Counted from the stretch's first letter, positions 8,453 through 19,329 are shown. The stretch is DNA of 32,000 nucleotides from Prochlorococcus marinus subsp. pastoris str. CCMP1986 (GCF_000011465.1 NC_005072.1:480001-512000), one strand, 5' to 3'. A program made the numbers and translations. Notes: generated by a model from the letters alone, not told the origin.

Positions 8453-8884
8453 ATGAATATAAATAAGAATGAAAATTCTTTAAAAAAAAAACTTTATGAT
8501 GCTGATAAAATTACTTCAAAAAAAATAAAATTTTTTAATTTAAAATTTATTCATAGAATATTTGATAGCGTAAATATATCTTTATTAATTTTGATTTTTA
8601 TTTTATCTTTTATTTCTTTTAATAGTCAAAGGAAATGGACAAGCATTTATAAAAAATTATTAAAAACAAGAGCAAATAATAATAATCTTATTGACTATAT
8701 TTCTAAGACTGAAGAATTTTATATTAATAAAATTGAGTCCCTTAATACTTTAAAAAAAACAACTCCAAAAGATTTAATTTATCTTGATAAGCAAACTATA
8801 CAGAATAAAAATAATTATTTAAATAAAAAAATTAAATTTATTAAAGATGGATTAAAAGATAGTAAATATCAAAAAGGATATTAA
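8453..8884 (+). CDS. bitopic membrane protein, FtsL-like candidate
   Basis: 143 aa with a basic N-terminus, a single TM (VNISLLILIFILSFISF), then a coiled-coil-like segment ending in ...TPKDLIYLDKQ. It sits directly upstream of ftsI with a TAATG stop/start overlap at 8882-8886. The call rests on topology and position only. Confidence 0.5.
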   Translation: MNINKNENSLKKKLYDADKITSKKIKFFNLKFIHRIFDSVNISLLILIFILSFISFNSQRKWTSIYKKLLKTRANNNNLIDYISKTEEFYINKIESLNTLKKTTPKDLIYLDKQTIQNKNNYLNKKIKFIKDGLKDSKYQKGY

Positions 8885-10635
8885 TGAAAAGAAGTAAGAA
8901 AATTGTTCATTTATTACCTCTCAAACCTCGAAGGTTTAAGGTTACTTATATATGTTGTTTATTATTGATTTTTGGACTATTTGGAAGGCTTGTAAATTTA
9001 CAAGTTTTTAGTGCCTCTGACTTACAAAAAAAAGCGAGATTAATACAATTCACCAAGATTAGTTCTTTAAATAAGAGAAGATCAATAGTAGATAGAAATA
9101 ATAGACTAATTGCTTATGATAAACCTCTATACAGATTATGGGCTCATCCTAAGTACTTTAACTTCCCTGGAGATCCAACTAATAGAGTAAGAACTATTGA
9201 TGAAGTGGTTAATAAATTGACGCCAATTTTAAATGTAAAAGATGAATTGCTTCTATCAAAGTTTGAAAATAAAATGTTAGGAATTGAATTGCTGGATGAA
9301 ATAACAGAGAATCAAGCAAAAAAGATCAAAAACCTTCATATTAGTGGTTTGGATCTCGTTAAATATTCTCAAAGATATTATCCTCAACGTAATTTGTATT
9401 CAAATCTTATTGGTTTTGTTAATTATGAGAATAAAGGTTCAGCTGGTTTAGAGCTGCATTTAGATAATCAAATCAAAGTACTTAACAAAAGTAATTTGAT
9501 TAAGAAAGGAGGAGATGGAACACCTCTCCCGGATAATTCGGGACCAAGAGATTTTATTAGTGACTACAAGAGTTTAGGTTTGACAATAGATTCAAGATTA
9601 CAGAAAGCTACTTTTAAAGCTTTAAGTAACCATGTAGTGAAGTGGAACGCAAAGAAAGGCTTCGCAATAGTAATGAATGTAAATAACGGAGAGATCTTAT
9701 CACTAGCATCAATTCCATCTTATGATCCAAATAAATATTGGGATTATGATTCCGAAGTCTTTAGAGGTTGGTATTCTCAAGATTTATTCGAGCCTGGTTC
9801 AACTTTTAAACCAATAAATCTAGCCTTAGCATTAGAAGAAAAAGCAATCCAAAAAGATGGTTTAGTTGAAGATAGTGGGGAGGTTAATGTTGGAGGATGG
9901 AGTCTTTCAAATTGGGATAAAAAAGGAAATGGCTATATTGATTATCCAAAAGTTTTACAAGTTTCAAGTAATGTGGGGATGGTAAAAATAATGCAAAATT
10001 TGCCGTCTAAGACTTATTGGAATTGGTTAAATAAATTAGGTATTAATAAACGTTTGGAGACGGATTTATTTGAATCTACAGCTGGTCAATTAAAGTCAAA
10101 AAATATATTTGTTACTCAGTCAATTGAGCCAGCAGTAGCATCTTTTGGAAAGGGTTTTTCTATTTCTCCTTTAAAATTAGCTCAACTTCACGCTGTTCTA
10201 GCTAATGGGGGAAGTGAAATAATTCCTCATGTTACTTTCAATTTTAAAGCTCACCTTAAAAACTATTCTCCAAAAGAAATCTTTTCTAACGAGGTATCAA
10301 AAACTGTTCTTAAATGGATGGAAAGTGTCGTTGATAATGGCAGTGGAAAAGGAGCGAAAATTGATGGATACAGAATTGGTGGGAAAACTGGAACTTCTCA
10401 AAAGGCAGTTAATGGAAGGTATACTAATAAAAAGGTTTGTAGTTTTGTAGCTTCTTTTCCTGTTAATAATCCAAAGTATGTTGTCCTCGTTGTTATTGAC
10501 GAACCTTCAAAGGCATACGCTTATGGTTCAACGGTTGCAGTGCCAATTGCAAAAGAAATCATCGAAAGTTTAATTGTTATTGAAAAAATACCGCCACAAA
10601 TTGAAGAAAACAGGAAAGTTGTTAAAAAACCATGA
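8884..10635 (+). CDS. ftsI: penicillin-binding protein 3-type transpeptidase (class B PBP)
   Basis: N-terminal TM anchor, a PBP dimerisation region, and the transpeptidase motifs STFKP (SxxK), SSN (SxN) and KTGT (KTG). Confidence 0.92.
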   Translation: MKRSKKIVHLLPLKPRRFKVTYICCLLLIFGLFGRLVNLQVFSASDLQKKARLIQFTKISSLNKRRSIVDRNNRLIAYDKPLYRLWAHPKYFNFPGDPTNRVRTIDEVVNKLTPILNVKDELLLSKFENKMLGIELLDEITENQAKKIKNLHISGLDLVKYSQRYYPQRNLYSNLIGFVNYENKGSAGLELHLDNQIKVLNKSNLIKKGGDGTPLPDNSGPRDFISDYKSLGLTIDSRLQKATFKALSNHVVKWNAKKGFAIVMNVNNGEILSLASIPSYDPNKYWDYDSEVFRGWYSQDLFEPGSTFKPINLALALEEKAIQKDGLVEDSGEVNVGGWSLSNWDKKGNGYIDYPKVLQVSSNVGMVKIMQNLPSKTYWNWLNKLGINKRLETDLFESTAGQLKSKNIFVTQSIEPAVASFGKGFSISPLKLAQLHAVLANGGSEIIPHVTFNFKAHLKNYSPKEIFSNEVSKTVLKWMESVVDNGSGKGAKIDGYRIGGKTGTSQKAVNGRYTNKKVCSFVASFPVNNPKYVVLVVIDEPSKAYAYGSTVAVPIAKEIIESLIVIEKIPPQIEENRKVVKKP

Positions 10636-10725
10636 AATTATTCTGGTTTTTAGTTAATTAGTTCATTATTTAATGATTTCATTTGAAATTGAAGCTATCG
10701 TATAAAAATATATTGTTATGTAAAA

Positions 10726-11727
10726 ATGAAATCAATTTTAGAACAATTATCTTCTATTACTGTTGTTGTCGCTGATACTGGAGATTTAGATGCGATTAAA
10801 AAGTTTCAACCTAGAGATGCCACCACTAATCCATCACTAATATTGGCTGCGGCTAAGAATCCTGATTACATAAAATTAATCGATCAAGCTTTGGAAAGCT
10901 CAAGAAAATCCCTACCTGCTGGCTTTTCTGAAAGTGAATTAATTAAAGAGACTATAGATCAGGTTTCAGTATTTTTTGGCAAGGAGATTCTTAATCTTAT
11001 TTCTGGAAGAGTATCTACAGAAGTTGATGCAAGACTAAGTTTTGATACTGAAGCAACAGTTACAAAAGCGAGAAAGTTAATAAATCACTATAAAAGTTTT
11101 GGAATAAATAAAGAAAGAATATTGATTAAGATCGCTTCAACTTGGGAAGGAATTAAGGCAGCTGAAATTTTAGAAAAAGAAGGTATTAAATGCAATTTAA
11201 CTTTACTTTTTAACTTCTGCCAAGCTGTAGCCTGTGCTAATGCAAAAATAACCTTAATCTCGCCTTTCGTAGGGCGAATATTGGATTGGCATAAAGCAAA
11301 AACTGGCAAAGATAACTTTGCAGGGTGTGAAGATCCAGGTGTTATATCAGTAACCAAAATCTACAATTATTTTAAAGAAAAAGGATTTAAAACTGAAGTC
11401 ATGGGTGCAAGCTTTAGAAATATAGATGAAATAAAAGAATTAGCAGGATGTGACCTTCTAACTATTGCTCCAAAATTTTTAGACGAACTTAATAGAGAGG
11501 AAGGGGAATTAATTAAAAAATTAGATGAAGATACTCAATCCCAAAGTTCTATTGATTATAAATTTGATGAGAAGGACTTTAGATTAAGTATGTTAGAGGA
11601 TCAAATGGCAAGTGAAAAGCTTAGTGAAGGAATAACAGGCTTCAGCAAAGCAATAGAAGAATTAGAAGAGTTGTTATTAAAAAGACTTTCAGAAATTAAT
11701 AATCAAAAATTAATTTCGACAACTTAG
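10726..11727 (+). CDS. tal: transaldolase (TalB type)
   Basis: [17 protein letters not shown], the Schiff-base Lys context [12 protein letters not shown], and [12 protein letters not shown]. Confidence 0.95.
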   Translation: MKSILEQLSSITVVVADTGDLDAIKKFQPRDATTNPSLILAAAKNPDYIKLIDQALESSRKSLPAGFSESELIKETIDQVSVFFGKEILNLISGRVSTEVDARLSFDTEATVTKARKLINHYKSFGINKERILIKIASTWEGIKAAEILEKEGIKCNLTLLFNFCQAVACANAKITLISPFVGRILDWHKAKTGKDNFAGCEDPGVISVTKIYNYFKEKGFKTEVMGASFRNIDEIKELAGCDLLTIAPKFLDELNREEGELIKKLDEDTQSQSSIDYKFDEKDFRLSMLEDQMASEKLSEGITGFSKAIEELEELLLKRLSEINNQKLISTT

Positions 11728-11752
11728 ATTTAATTTTAATTAAAACATAAAA

Positions 11753-12886
11753 TTAATCTTTGCTTTTGGTTAGAAGTCTCTTGATAACTCTCATCGCGAT
11801 GTCTTCATAATTCATTTGACCAGATAATATTTGAGCAATACGTTGAGGGGCTGTTTTCCTTTTGACACCTAATTGATAGCCAGTTCTTGGGAATCTATAA
11901 AAGATTTGAGCAATTCTCTTTCCCCATGCCATGGATTTTCCCCATTCATTATTAATGTTTGTTGAATAATTATTTAAATCATTATTATTACTGGACAAAC
12001 ACTCGTCAATACTTTCTGCGGCAAAATAACTACTCATTAGTGAAGGTCTAATACCTTCGGCCAAAAAAGGATCGCAAAGTGAGGCTGCATCCCCCACCGC
12101 AATTACTCTATCTCCATTGAGCTTGTTTAGACCATTCCAAATTCTTAGTTTTTTATGAACCACCTTAAAAGATAAATCTTCAAATCCGAAACTTTTTATT
12201 ACTTTATTATTAAGGTCTTTATTTTCTAGAAGTTTATTATTTATAAAAGTGCCTAAGCCAATATTGACACTGTCTTTTAATGGGAATGCCCAAGCAAATC
12301 CATACTTAACAAATCCAAACTCAAATCTAACTGAATCTTTAGGAATATTCCCTAATCCTTTTAACCTCAAGGCGATAGTATTGGCAAATTTTGGCTTTCT
12401 TGGACCTAAGTTGAAATATCCAGCCCATCTAGATTGTGAACCGTCGGCAATAACAAGAAATTTAGATTTATATGTAACTTTATTGTTGCATTTTATTATC
12501 CAAGTCTTATTTTGCTGCGTTATTTTTTCGACCTGTACTGGTCTTAGTATCTCACCGCCATATTTTATAGCTTCATCAAGTAATAATCTATCTAATTTTT
12601 CTCTTCTAATTATCCAAAAAGGTGATTCACCACTAAGGTCGGCAACAACATTATCAGATGACTCCCATCTGAATTCAACATTCCTGATTTTAGATTCTAT
12701 TGATTCATCTATATCTAATGGGAGATATTTTTTCATTGAGGATGCCATCCCTCCTGCGCAGGGCTTTATATTTCCTGATGCCTCCTTCTCTATAATTAAG
12801 ACTGAATAGCCTTTTTTTGATAAGTTAAGTGCTGTAGAAGATCCTGAGAGGCCTCCTCCAATAATTATAATGTCGAATTCCTTCAA
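11753..12886 (-). CDS. FAD-dependent oxidoreductase, geranylgeranyl-reductase/FixC-like family
   Basis: N-terminal dinucleotide fold [16 protein letters not shown], then [10 protein letters not shown] and [21 protein letters not shown] start at 12886 is required because the GxGxxG lies at residues 9-14. It overlaps the frr stop (TTGA). Confidence 0.8.
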   Translation of the reverse strand: MKEFDIIIIGGGLSGSSTALNLSKKGYSVLIIEKEASGNIKPCAGGMASSMKKYLPLDIDESIESKIRNVEFRWESSDNVVADLSGESPFWIIRREKLDRLLLDEAIKYGGEILRPVQVEKITQQNKTWIIKCNNKVTYKSKFLVIADGSQSRWAGYFNLGPRKPKFANTIALRLKGLGNIPKDSVRFEFGFVKYGFAWAFPLKDSVNIGLGTFINNKLLENKDLNNKVIKSFGFEDLSFKVVHKKLRIWNGLNKLNGDRVIAVGDAASLCDPFLAEGIRPSLMSSYFAAESIDECLSSNNNDLNNYSTNINNEWGKSMAWGKRIAQIFYRFPRTGYQLGVKRKTAPQRIAQILSGQMNYEDIAMRVIKRLLTKSKD

Positions 12887-13431
12887 ACTTTTAGAATTTC
12901 TTTCTCCTTTTCAGATAATTTAGTTTCTATTAAAGAAATATATTTGTCAGTAAATTTTTGTATCTCTAATTGATTATCTCTTGATACATCTTTTGATATT
13001 AAACCTTCTTTCTCATCTTTTTTCTCTTTGTCAACAGCATCTCTTCTAATATTTCTTAGCGCTACTTTACCTTCCTCTGCATATTTAGAAGCTAACTTGC
13101 AAAACTCTTTTCTTCTTTCTTCAGTTAATGGTGGGACATTTATTCTTATCACCTTCCCATCATTGTTGGGGGTGATACCTAAATCACTAACTGAGATTGC
13201 TTTTTCAATAGTTTGTAGTGAAGAAATATCAAATGGTTGTATTGAAATTGTTTGTGAATCGATAGTTGATATTGAGGCAAGTGATTTGATGGGGGTTTCT
13301 GCTCCATAATATTCAACACTTATTCTGTCTAATAATGATGCGTTAGCCCTCCCCGTCCTAATGGTATTAAAGTTTCTTTGAGTGGCTTCAACACTTTTGT
13401 TCATACTAGATTGAATTTCTTGTTCTTTCAT
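12883..13431 (-). CDS. frr: ribosome recycling factor
   Basis: 182 aa with [43 protein letters not shown] and ALRNIRRDA. Confidence 0.96.
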   Translation of the reverse strand: MKEQEIQSSMNKSVEATQRNFNTIRTGRANASLLDRISVEYYGAETPIKSLASISTIDSQTISIQPFDISSLQTIEKAISVSDLGITPNNDGKVIRINVPPLTEERRKEFCKLASKYAEEGKVALRNIRRDAVDKEKKDEKEGLISKDVSRDNQLEIQKFTDKYISLIETKLSEKEKEILKV

Positions 13432-13459
13432 AATTAGAAATAATTAACTTAAAAAAGTT

Positions 13460-14164
13460 TTAACTTATTAAAGAGCCTATAGACTCTCCGGCAACAGCTC
13501 TGGAGATATTACCTTTTTTAAAAATATCAAAAACCATAATTGGAATATTATTATCTTTGCATAGAGCAATAGCAGTACTGTCCATCACAGCGATTTCATC
13601 ACTAAGAACCTGTTGGTAAGTTAGAGAAGAATACTTTTTTGCTTCTTTGAATTTATTAGGATCACGATCATAAACCCCGTCAACTTTTGTCGCCTTCATA
13701 ACAACTTCAGCATTTATTTCGGCGGCCCTCAAAGCGGCAGTAGTATCTGTAGTGAAAAATGGATTTCCACAACCACCACCAAAAACTACAACTCTTCCTT
13801 TCTCTAAATGTCTCATTGCTCTTCTTCTAATGTAAGGTTCAGCAATTTCTTGCATCTCTATAGCCGTTTGTACTCTAGTTTCAACCCCAACTCTCTCTAA
13901 TCCATCTTGAAGGGAAATAGCATTCATCACTGTTGCTAACATTCCGACATAATCAGCTGTAGCTCTGTCCATACCATCCGCAGAACCTTTTAGTCCTCTA
14001 AATATGTTGCCACCCCCGACAACTATTGCAAGTTGAACTTTATTTGCAATTACCCTCTCAACATCTTCAGCTATTGATTGAACTATCGCAGGGTCTATAC
14101 CGTACGGTTTATCTCCCATTAGTGCTTCACCACTAAGCTTTAAAAGTACTCTTTTGTAAGTCAT
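13460..14164 (-). CDS. pyrH: UMP kinase
   Basis: [46 protein letters not shown] and VDGVYDRDP. Confidence 0.96.
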   Translation of the reverse strand: MTYKRVLLKLSGEALMGDKPYGIDPAIVQSIAEDVERVIANKVQLAIVVGGGNIFRGLKGSADGMDRATADYVGMLATVMNAISLQDGLERVGVETRVQTAIEMQEIAEPYIRRRAMRHLEKGRVVVFGGGCGNPFFTTDTTAALRAAEINAEVVMKATKVDGVYDRDPNKFKEAKKYSSLTYQQVLSDEIAVMDSTAIALCKDNNIPIMVFDIFKKGNISRAVAGESIGSLIS

Positions 14165-14293
14165 TCAATAATCATACTTTTATGACCTTAGCAAGTAAAT
14201 ATACATTATTTCTTTTTTAGGTTAATAATACTTCCGTCTTTAAACAATTCTCAATCGAAAACCAGAAAAAACCAATAATGTTCCTTTAAAATT

Positions 14294-14989
14294 CTAAAAC
14301 TCCACACATGCTTGAGCTTTTATTCCTTGCTCCTTAAAAGGATGCCTAATTAATTTCATCTCTGTTACTAGATCAGCTTGATTAATGATTGATTCGGAAG
14401 CTCCTCTTCCAGTTAAAACTATGTGATTTTTTCTATTATCGAGACTTTTTACAAATGTAATTATTTCTTCTGGAGAAAGATATCCAAGTTTGGTTGCAAT
14501 ATTAATTTCATCAAGGATTATAAGTTTGTATGATTCATCTTTTATGAATTTTTTAGCTACATGCCAAGCTTCTTTAACTAATACTTCGTCCCTTACTCTA
14601 TCTTGTGTTTCCCAAGTAAATCCCTCTCCTAAAGCATGCCATGAAATATTTGATGATAAATTTTTAAGAGCTTTTTCTTCACCGGTAGTCCAACCACCTT
14701 TAATAAATTGAATAATTGCGACTTTATGACCATGTCCAATAGTTCTTAACGCCATTCCTAAAGAAGCAGTTGTTTTCCCTTTCCCATTTCCAGTAAAAAC
14801 AATTAATAAACCTTTTTTTGTTTTCCTTACTTGTAATCTCTTTGATTGAATATCTTTTCTTTTTTGCATTCTTTTTTTATACAGATTCTCATCAGTTTCA
14901 GGAGATAACCTGCCTCCTATTCCAAGTTCCTTAGCCTGAATATCAAGACTAGTTATATTTTTTGAAGCGGGTTGTTTCTCATCAGCCAT
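14294..14989 (-). CDS. cobO: cob(I)yrinic acid a,c-diamide (cob(I)alamin) adenosyltransferase
   Basis: GLLIVFTGNGKGKTTASLGMALR, IQFIKG, LIILDEI and VLTGRGA are typical of CobO/BtuR. A basic N-terminal extension is present. Confidence 0.88.
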   Translation of the reverse strand: MADEKQPASKNITSLDIQAKELGIGGRLSPETDENLYKKRMQKRKDIQSKRLQVRKTKKGLLIVFTGNGKGKTTASLGMALRTIGHGHKVAIIQFIKGGWTTGEEKALKNLSSNISWHALGEGFTWETQDRVRDEVLVKEAWHVAKKFIKDESYKLIILDEINIATKLGYLSPEEIITFVKSLDNRKNHIVLTGRGASESIINQADLVTEMKLIRHPFKEQGIKAQACVEF

Positions 14990-15019
14990 AAAATAACTTT
15001 TAACTTTTATTATACTGAT

Positions 15020-16189
15020 TTAAAAAATTTCACGTTTTTTATATTTTGAAAGTGCATTATTAACAGCTTGTTGCTGATCTCGTTTCGTTATCCAGTGATG
15101 GTACGTTTGAGTATGTAGGCTGACGGAATGTCCCATCATTCTTGCGGCAACTGTATCAGGTAGATCATAGAAAATCGTCCTAACTGCCCAAGCATGTCTT
15201 AGGTCATAAGGTTTGATCTTAAGGGAATAACGTTTAAATTGATCAGTTATTTTTTTTCCAATATTTTGCAAAGTTGTAACTCTAAGATCTCTATTGATTT
15301 TTGGAAGTAATTCTGGATCTTTGCCTAATTCACAAAGTTCAAATTTATCTATCCATTTAGGATGAAAAGGCCAAACCTGATGTTCGCCTGTTTTTGTAGT
15401 AGGCAAAACTCTAATGATTTTGTCTCCAGAATTAGTTAAGGAGCTTAAATCACAAAAAAATACTTCATGATTTCTTAACCCATATGTAGCCATAAGCCCG
15501 AAAACATATTTCCATGATTTGTTTGGTATGTTTTCCCATAGATTTTCAATTATCTCGTCAGTAGGAAGATTCCTAAAGCTTGCTTTATTTAGACCATATC
15601 CCTTAGCCATTAATTTCCAATCTTCAGGAAGTTTATGTTCTAAAAATTTTGCTAAAACACTCAGGGAAGTAGCGCATTGTTTTCTGCTTCTGCTCCCTTC
15701 TTTATAAGTTTTTAATGTGGTTGTAAAAATATTATCTAAATTGTCAGTTTTCGTATCATTTTGGATGGATATCATTCTATTAATGTAGGGCTTATAAGAG
15801 CTTCTCCAAGTTGTTTTTCGAGTGCTTGTTAAGTATTCGTTTTTATTCTCCCTAAAAAAATATTTCTCAAAATCATTAAGTCTAGTTAAAAATTTAAATT
15901 CTTCTTTTTTTTCTTTTTTATCAGAAATTTTTACCCAATTGATCCAATCAAATTGATTTAACTCTAATTGCAAAGTTATCAATTGTAATTTTTTCTTGGC
16001 TTCTTCTAAGCCATTAAAATCTGCTTTGAGTCCAAGAGATATTCGTTGAACTGCAAAGTCATTTTTATCATTTTTTGAAGGTAGTGAACCTCTAATATTT
16101 AATGTCTCGCCTCTTTTTTCAATTCTAAGTTTGCTTCCTTTAGTAGCAAATTTATCATTGACATTATTAATTTCCTGAATTACGTTCAT
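15020..16189 (-). CDS. tyrosine recombinase / phage-type integrase with Arm-like N-terminal domain
   Basis: C-terminal catalytic signature: GLRNHEV (Arg I), LRHAWAVR (HxxR), MGHSV and TQTYHHW (nucleophile Tyr). The N-terminus (LRIEKRGETLNIRGSLP...RISLGL...AKKKLQLITLQLELNQFDW) resembles the arm-type/DUF3596-like domain of cyanobacterial integrases. Confidence 0.85.
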   Translation of the reverse strand: MNVIQEINNVNDKFATKGSKLRIEKRGETLNIRGSLPSKNDKNDFAVQRISLGLKADFNGLEEAKKKLQLITLQLELNQFDWINWVKISDKKEKKEEFKFLTRLNDFEKYFFRENKNEYLTSTRKTTWRSSYKPYINRMISIQNDTKTDNLDNIFTTTLKTYKEGSRSRKQCATSLSVLAKFLEHKLPEDWKLMAKGYGLNKASFRNLPTDEIIENLWENIPNKSWKYVFGLMATYGLRNHEVFFCDLSSLTNSGDKIIRVLPTTKTGEHQVWPFHPKWIDKFELCELGKDPELLPKINRDLRVTTLQNIGKKITDQFKRYSLKIKPYDLRHAWAVRTIFYDLPDTVAARMMGHSVSLHTQTYHHWITKRDQQQAVNNALSKYKKREIF

Positions 16190-16208
16190 TAACTTATATA
16201 ATTACCTT

Positions 16209-16214
16209 TATAAT
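16209..16214 (+). promoter_or_regulatory. candidate -10 hexamer (TATAAT) for hemH
   Basis: Perfect TATAAT lies 41 nt upstream of the hemH ATG. A second TATAAT is at 16197-16202. No convincing -35 is present. Such hexamers are common by chance in this AT-rich DNA. Confidence 0.25.
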
Positions 16215-16254
16215 GACGTTCCAAATGTTTATTTTCAATCTCCATAAAATTTAA

Positions 16255-17430
16255 ATGGAAAAAGTAGGCGTCTTATTAATGAATCTTGGCGGCCCTGAAA
16301 GGATTACAGATGTGGGTCCATTTTTATACAATTTATTTTCTGATCCCGAAATAATAAGGCTTCCCGTCCCAGCATTTCAGAAACCTTTAGCATGGTTAAT
16401 AAGTACACTTAGAAGTACTACTTCACAACAGGCTTACCTTTCAATAGGTGGTGGATCTCCTATAAGAAGGATTACGGAACAACAAGCTAGAGAATTACAA
16501 AGCAAATTAAGAGATAAAGGTTTAAATGTAACAACTTATATAGCTATGAGATACTGGCATCCTTTCACAGAATCAGCCATCGCTGATATGAAAGCAGATG
16601 GGGTAGATCAAATTGTCGTATTGCCTCTGTACCCACACTTTTCTATAAGTACAAGTGGTTCGAGCTTTAGAGAATTAAAAAAATTAAGAGACTCTGATTC
16701 TGAGTTTCAAAAAATACCAATGAGATGTGTAAGGAGTTGGTTTAGTCAATCAGGTTACTTAAAATCCATGGTTGAGCTCATTTCGGAACAAATTTCACTA
16801 TGTGAATCGCCTGATAGTGCACATATCTTTTTTACAGCTCATGGGGTTCCGAAAAGTTATGTAGAGGAAGCAGGAGATCCATATAAAGAACAAATAGAAG
16901 ATTGTTCACTACTAATTATTGATGAACTTGAAAAATATTTAGGTCATACCAATCCCTACACTCTGTCTTATCAAAGTAGGGTAGGTCCAGTTGAATGGTT
17001 AAAACCCTACACAGAAGAAGTTTTGACAGATCTAGGCAAAGCTAAAGTAAATGACTTAATTGTAGTTCCTATAAGTTTCGTAGGAGAACATATTGAAACT
17101 TTACAGGAAATTGATATTGAATATAAAGAAATTGCTGAGAAAGCAGGCATTGTTAATTTTAGAAGGGTAAAAGCATTAAATACACACCCTACATTTATTG
17201 ACGGTTTAAGTGAACTAGTTGTTTCTTGCCTAGAAGGACCGATAATTAATATAGAGAAAGCTTCTGAATTGCCTGAGAAAGTTAAATTATACCCTCAGGA
17301 AAAATGGCAATGGGGTTGGAATAATAGTTCAGAAGTTTGGAACGGTAGGGTTGCTATGATCGTCTTCCTTATACTTTTTATTGAACTTATCTCAGGTTCT
17401 GGGCCTCTTCATAAATTAGGGATTTTATAA
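16255..17430 (+). CDS. hemH: ferrochelatase with C-terminal CAB/LHC-like membrane helix
   Basis: [41 protein letters not shown] and FVGEHIETL. The C-terminal segment is [22 protein letters not shown]. Confidence 0.95.
   Translation: MEKVGVLLMNLGGPERITDVGPFLYNLFSDPEIIRLPVPAFQKPLAWLISTLRSTTSQQAYLSIGGGSPIRRITEQQARELQSKLRDKGLNVTTYIAMRYWHPFTESAIADMKADGVDQIVVLPLYPHFSISTSGSSFRELKKLRDSDSEFQKIPMRCVRSWFSQSGYLKSMVELISEQISLCESPDSAHIFFTAHGVPKSYVEEAGDPYKEQIEDCSLLIIDELEKYLGHTNPYTLSYQSRVGPVEWLKPYTEEVLTDLGKAKVNDLIVVPISFVGEHIETLQEIDIEYKEIAEKAGIVNFRRVKALNTHPTFIDGLSELVVSCLEGPIINIEKASELPEKVKLYPQEKWQWGWNNSSEVWNGRVAMIVFLILFIELISGSGPLHKLGIL
17332..17427 (+). other. CAB (chlorophyll a/b-binding, Hlip-like) domain at the ferrochelatase C-terminus
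   Basis: E-x-x-N-G-R-x-A-M motif plus a hydrophobic helix ([26 protein letters not shown]). This is a known feature of cyanobacterial and plastid type II ferrochelatases. Confidence 0.85.
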
Positions 17431-17564
17431 ATTTAATATTTTTAAAAAAGATCTAAAACTTTATTAAGAGCAATTAAATTTCTAAGTAATCTTTGACATT
17501 ACATTTCCAAAATGGGCAATATTTTTTAATTAAGTTTATTATTTAAATAGATTTATTTTCTTTA

Positions 17565-19328
17565 GTGACGCTTACTTCGACATCTTTATCAAAAGATGAT
17601 TCAGAAAAAAATTACCCCATATGGATTACAGGTGCTGAAGCACTAATGGATTCACTAAAAGTTCATGATGTAAAAGTGATATTTGGATATCCAGGCGGCG
17701 CCATACTTCCTATTTATGATGCAGTACATAAAGCAGAAAATGATGGATGGTTAAAACATTACATGGTAAGACATGAGCAGGGAGGATCCCATGCTGCAGA
17801 TGGATATGCCAGGTCAACAGGTGAGGTAGGGGTTTGTTTTGGTACTTCGGGTCCAGGGGCTACGAATTTAGTAACTGGTATTGCTACAGCTCAAATGGAT
17901 TCAGTTCCATTGGTAGTAGTTACTGGCCAAGTTCCAAGACCTGCTATAGGAACAGATGCTTTTCAAGAGACTGATATATTTGGAATTACACTCCCTATTG
18001 TTAAACATTCATGGGTTGTAAGAGATCCGTCTGATATAGCAAAAGTAGTTTCAGAGGCGTTTTTTATTGCTTCTTCTGGAAGACCTGGCCCAGTTTTAAT
18101 TGATATACCAAAAGATGTGGGTCAAGAATTCTTTAATTATGAAAGAATTTTACCTGGTAAGATTATTCCTAAGGGCTTTAAAAGGAATGGAGAAATTAAC
18201 GACGCTGATATCAACCAGGCTATTGAATTGATTCAAGAATCTTCAAGACCTCTGTTATACGTAGGAGGTGGAGCAATATCTTCAGGTGCTCATGAGGAAG
18301 TGGAAACCTTAGCTAATAATTATCAAATTCCAGTGACTACTACGTTAATGGGAAAAGGGGTCTTTGACGAAAGGGATGACTTATCAGTCGGAATGTTGGG
18401 AATGCATGGAACCGCATATGCAAACTTTGCAGTCACGGAATGCGATCTTTTGATTGCTGTAGGTGCGAGATTTGATGATAGGGTTACGGGGAAATTAGAT
18501 ACATTCGCCCCATCTGCAAAGGTTATTCATATTGATATCGATCCTGCAGAAGTTAATAAAAATAGACGTGTTGATGTTGCTATTGTTTCGGATGTAGCTA
18601 AAGCTCTTTCCAAAATTAATGAAAAATATTTTAATAATAAAACCTCCTGCAATACAAAAAATTGGCTAGAAAAAATTAATTTTTGGAAAAATAAGCATCC
18701 TTTATTTGTTCCTCCAGAAGAAGGTGAAATTTATCCTCAAGAAGTTCTTTTGAAAGTAAGGGATTTTGCTCCTGAAGCCTTCATCACAACTGATGTAGGT
18801 CAACATCAAATGTGGGCTGCTCAGTATCTAAGAAATGCTCCGAGAAGATGGATAAGTAGTGCTGGTTTAGGAACGATGGGCTTTGGATTGCCTGCAGCAA
18901 TGGGAGTAAAGGCTGCTCTGCCTAACGAAGAGGTTATCTGCATAGCTGGAGATGCAAGTGTTTTGATGAATATACAAGAATTGGGTACTTTATCTCAATA
19001 TGGTTTAAATATTAAATTAGTGATCATAAATAATCGCTGGCAGGGGATGGTAAGACAGTGGCAAGAAAGCTTTTATGAAGAAAGGTACTCCTCCTCTGAT
19101 ATGAGTTGTGGAGAACCTGATTTCGTTAAACTCGCGGAATCGTTTGGAGTAAAAGGTTTCTTAATTTCAGAGAGGAAACAATTATTAAATGAGTTTAAAT
19201 CTGCTTTAGATTTTGATGGGCCAGCCTTAATAAATGTACGAGTGAGGAGAGGTGAAAATTGCTATCCAATGGTTCCTCCAGGTAAAAGTAATGCTCAAAT
19301 GGTGGGTTACGTGAACAGTGAAAGCTGA
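17565..19328 (+). CDS. ilvB: acetolactate synthase (acetohydroxyacid synthase) large subunit
   Basis: [32 protein letters not shown], and the ThDP motif [14 protein letters not shown]...[12 protein letters not shown]...NN. A GTG start at 17565 is needed, because the first in-frame ATG would remove the conserved N-terminus. Confidence 0.95.
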   Translation: MTLTSTSLSKDDSEKNYPIWITGAEALMDSLKVHDVKVIFGYPGGAILPIYDAVHKAENDGWLKHYMVRHEQGGSHAADGYARSTGEVGVCFGTSGPGATNLVTGIATAQMDSVPLVVVTGQVPRPAIGTDAFQETDIFGITLPIVKHSWVVRDPSDIAKVVSEAFFIASSGRPGPVLIDIPKDVGQEFFNYERILPGKIIPKGFKRNGEINDADINQAIELIQESSRPLLYVGGGAISSGAHEEVETLANNYQIPVTTTLMGKGVFDERDDLSVGMLGMHGTAYANFAVTECDLLIAVGARFDDRVTGKLDTFAPSAKVIHIDIDPAEVNKNRRVDVAIVSDVAKALSKINEKYFNNKTSCNTKNWLEKINFWKNKHPLFVPPEEGEIYPQEVLLKVRDFAPEAFITTDVGQHQMWAAQYLRNAPRRWISSAGLGTMGFGLPAAMGVKAALPNEEVICIAGDASVLMNIQELGTLSQYGLNIKLVIINNRWQGMVRQWQESFYEERYSSSDMSCGEPDFVKLAESFGVKGFLISERKQLLNEFKSALDFDGPALINVRVRRGENCYPMVPPGKSNAQMVGYVNSES

Positions 19329-19329
19329 T

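Noticed and set aside
10700-10713. NtcA-like site GTA-N8-TAT upstream of tal
   Set aside because: The second half-site is TAT rather than TAC. The motif ends only 13 nt before the tal ATG, which is too close for a class II activator site centred near -41.5. The sequence is simply AT-rich.
12249-12809. 186-aa ORF on the plus strand
   Set aside because: It lies entirely antisense to the FAD oxidoreductase gene, which has clear GxGxxG and GDAA motifs. The translation is Ser/Leu/Pro/Asn-rich low complexity with no recognisable motif, typical of a shadow ORF in AT-rich coding DNA.
14990-16254. Integrase as the edge of a genomic island or prophage
   Set aside because: Housekeeping genes (cobO, hemH) abut it within 30 and 65 nt. 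No tRNA or tmRNA, no cargo genes and no flanking direct repeats beyond trivial AT-rich words (for example AACTTTT) are visible.
17493-17522. TTGACA hexamer upstream of ilvB as a -35 element
   Set aside because: No acceptable TAnnnT -10 lies at 16-18 nt spacing. The best candidate is CAATAT at 18 nt. This is not strong enough to report as a promoter.
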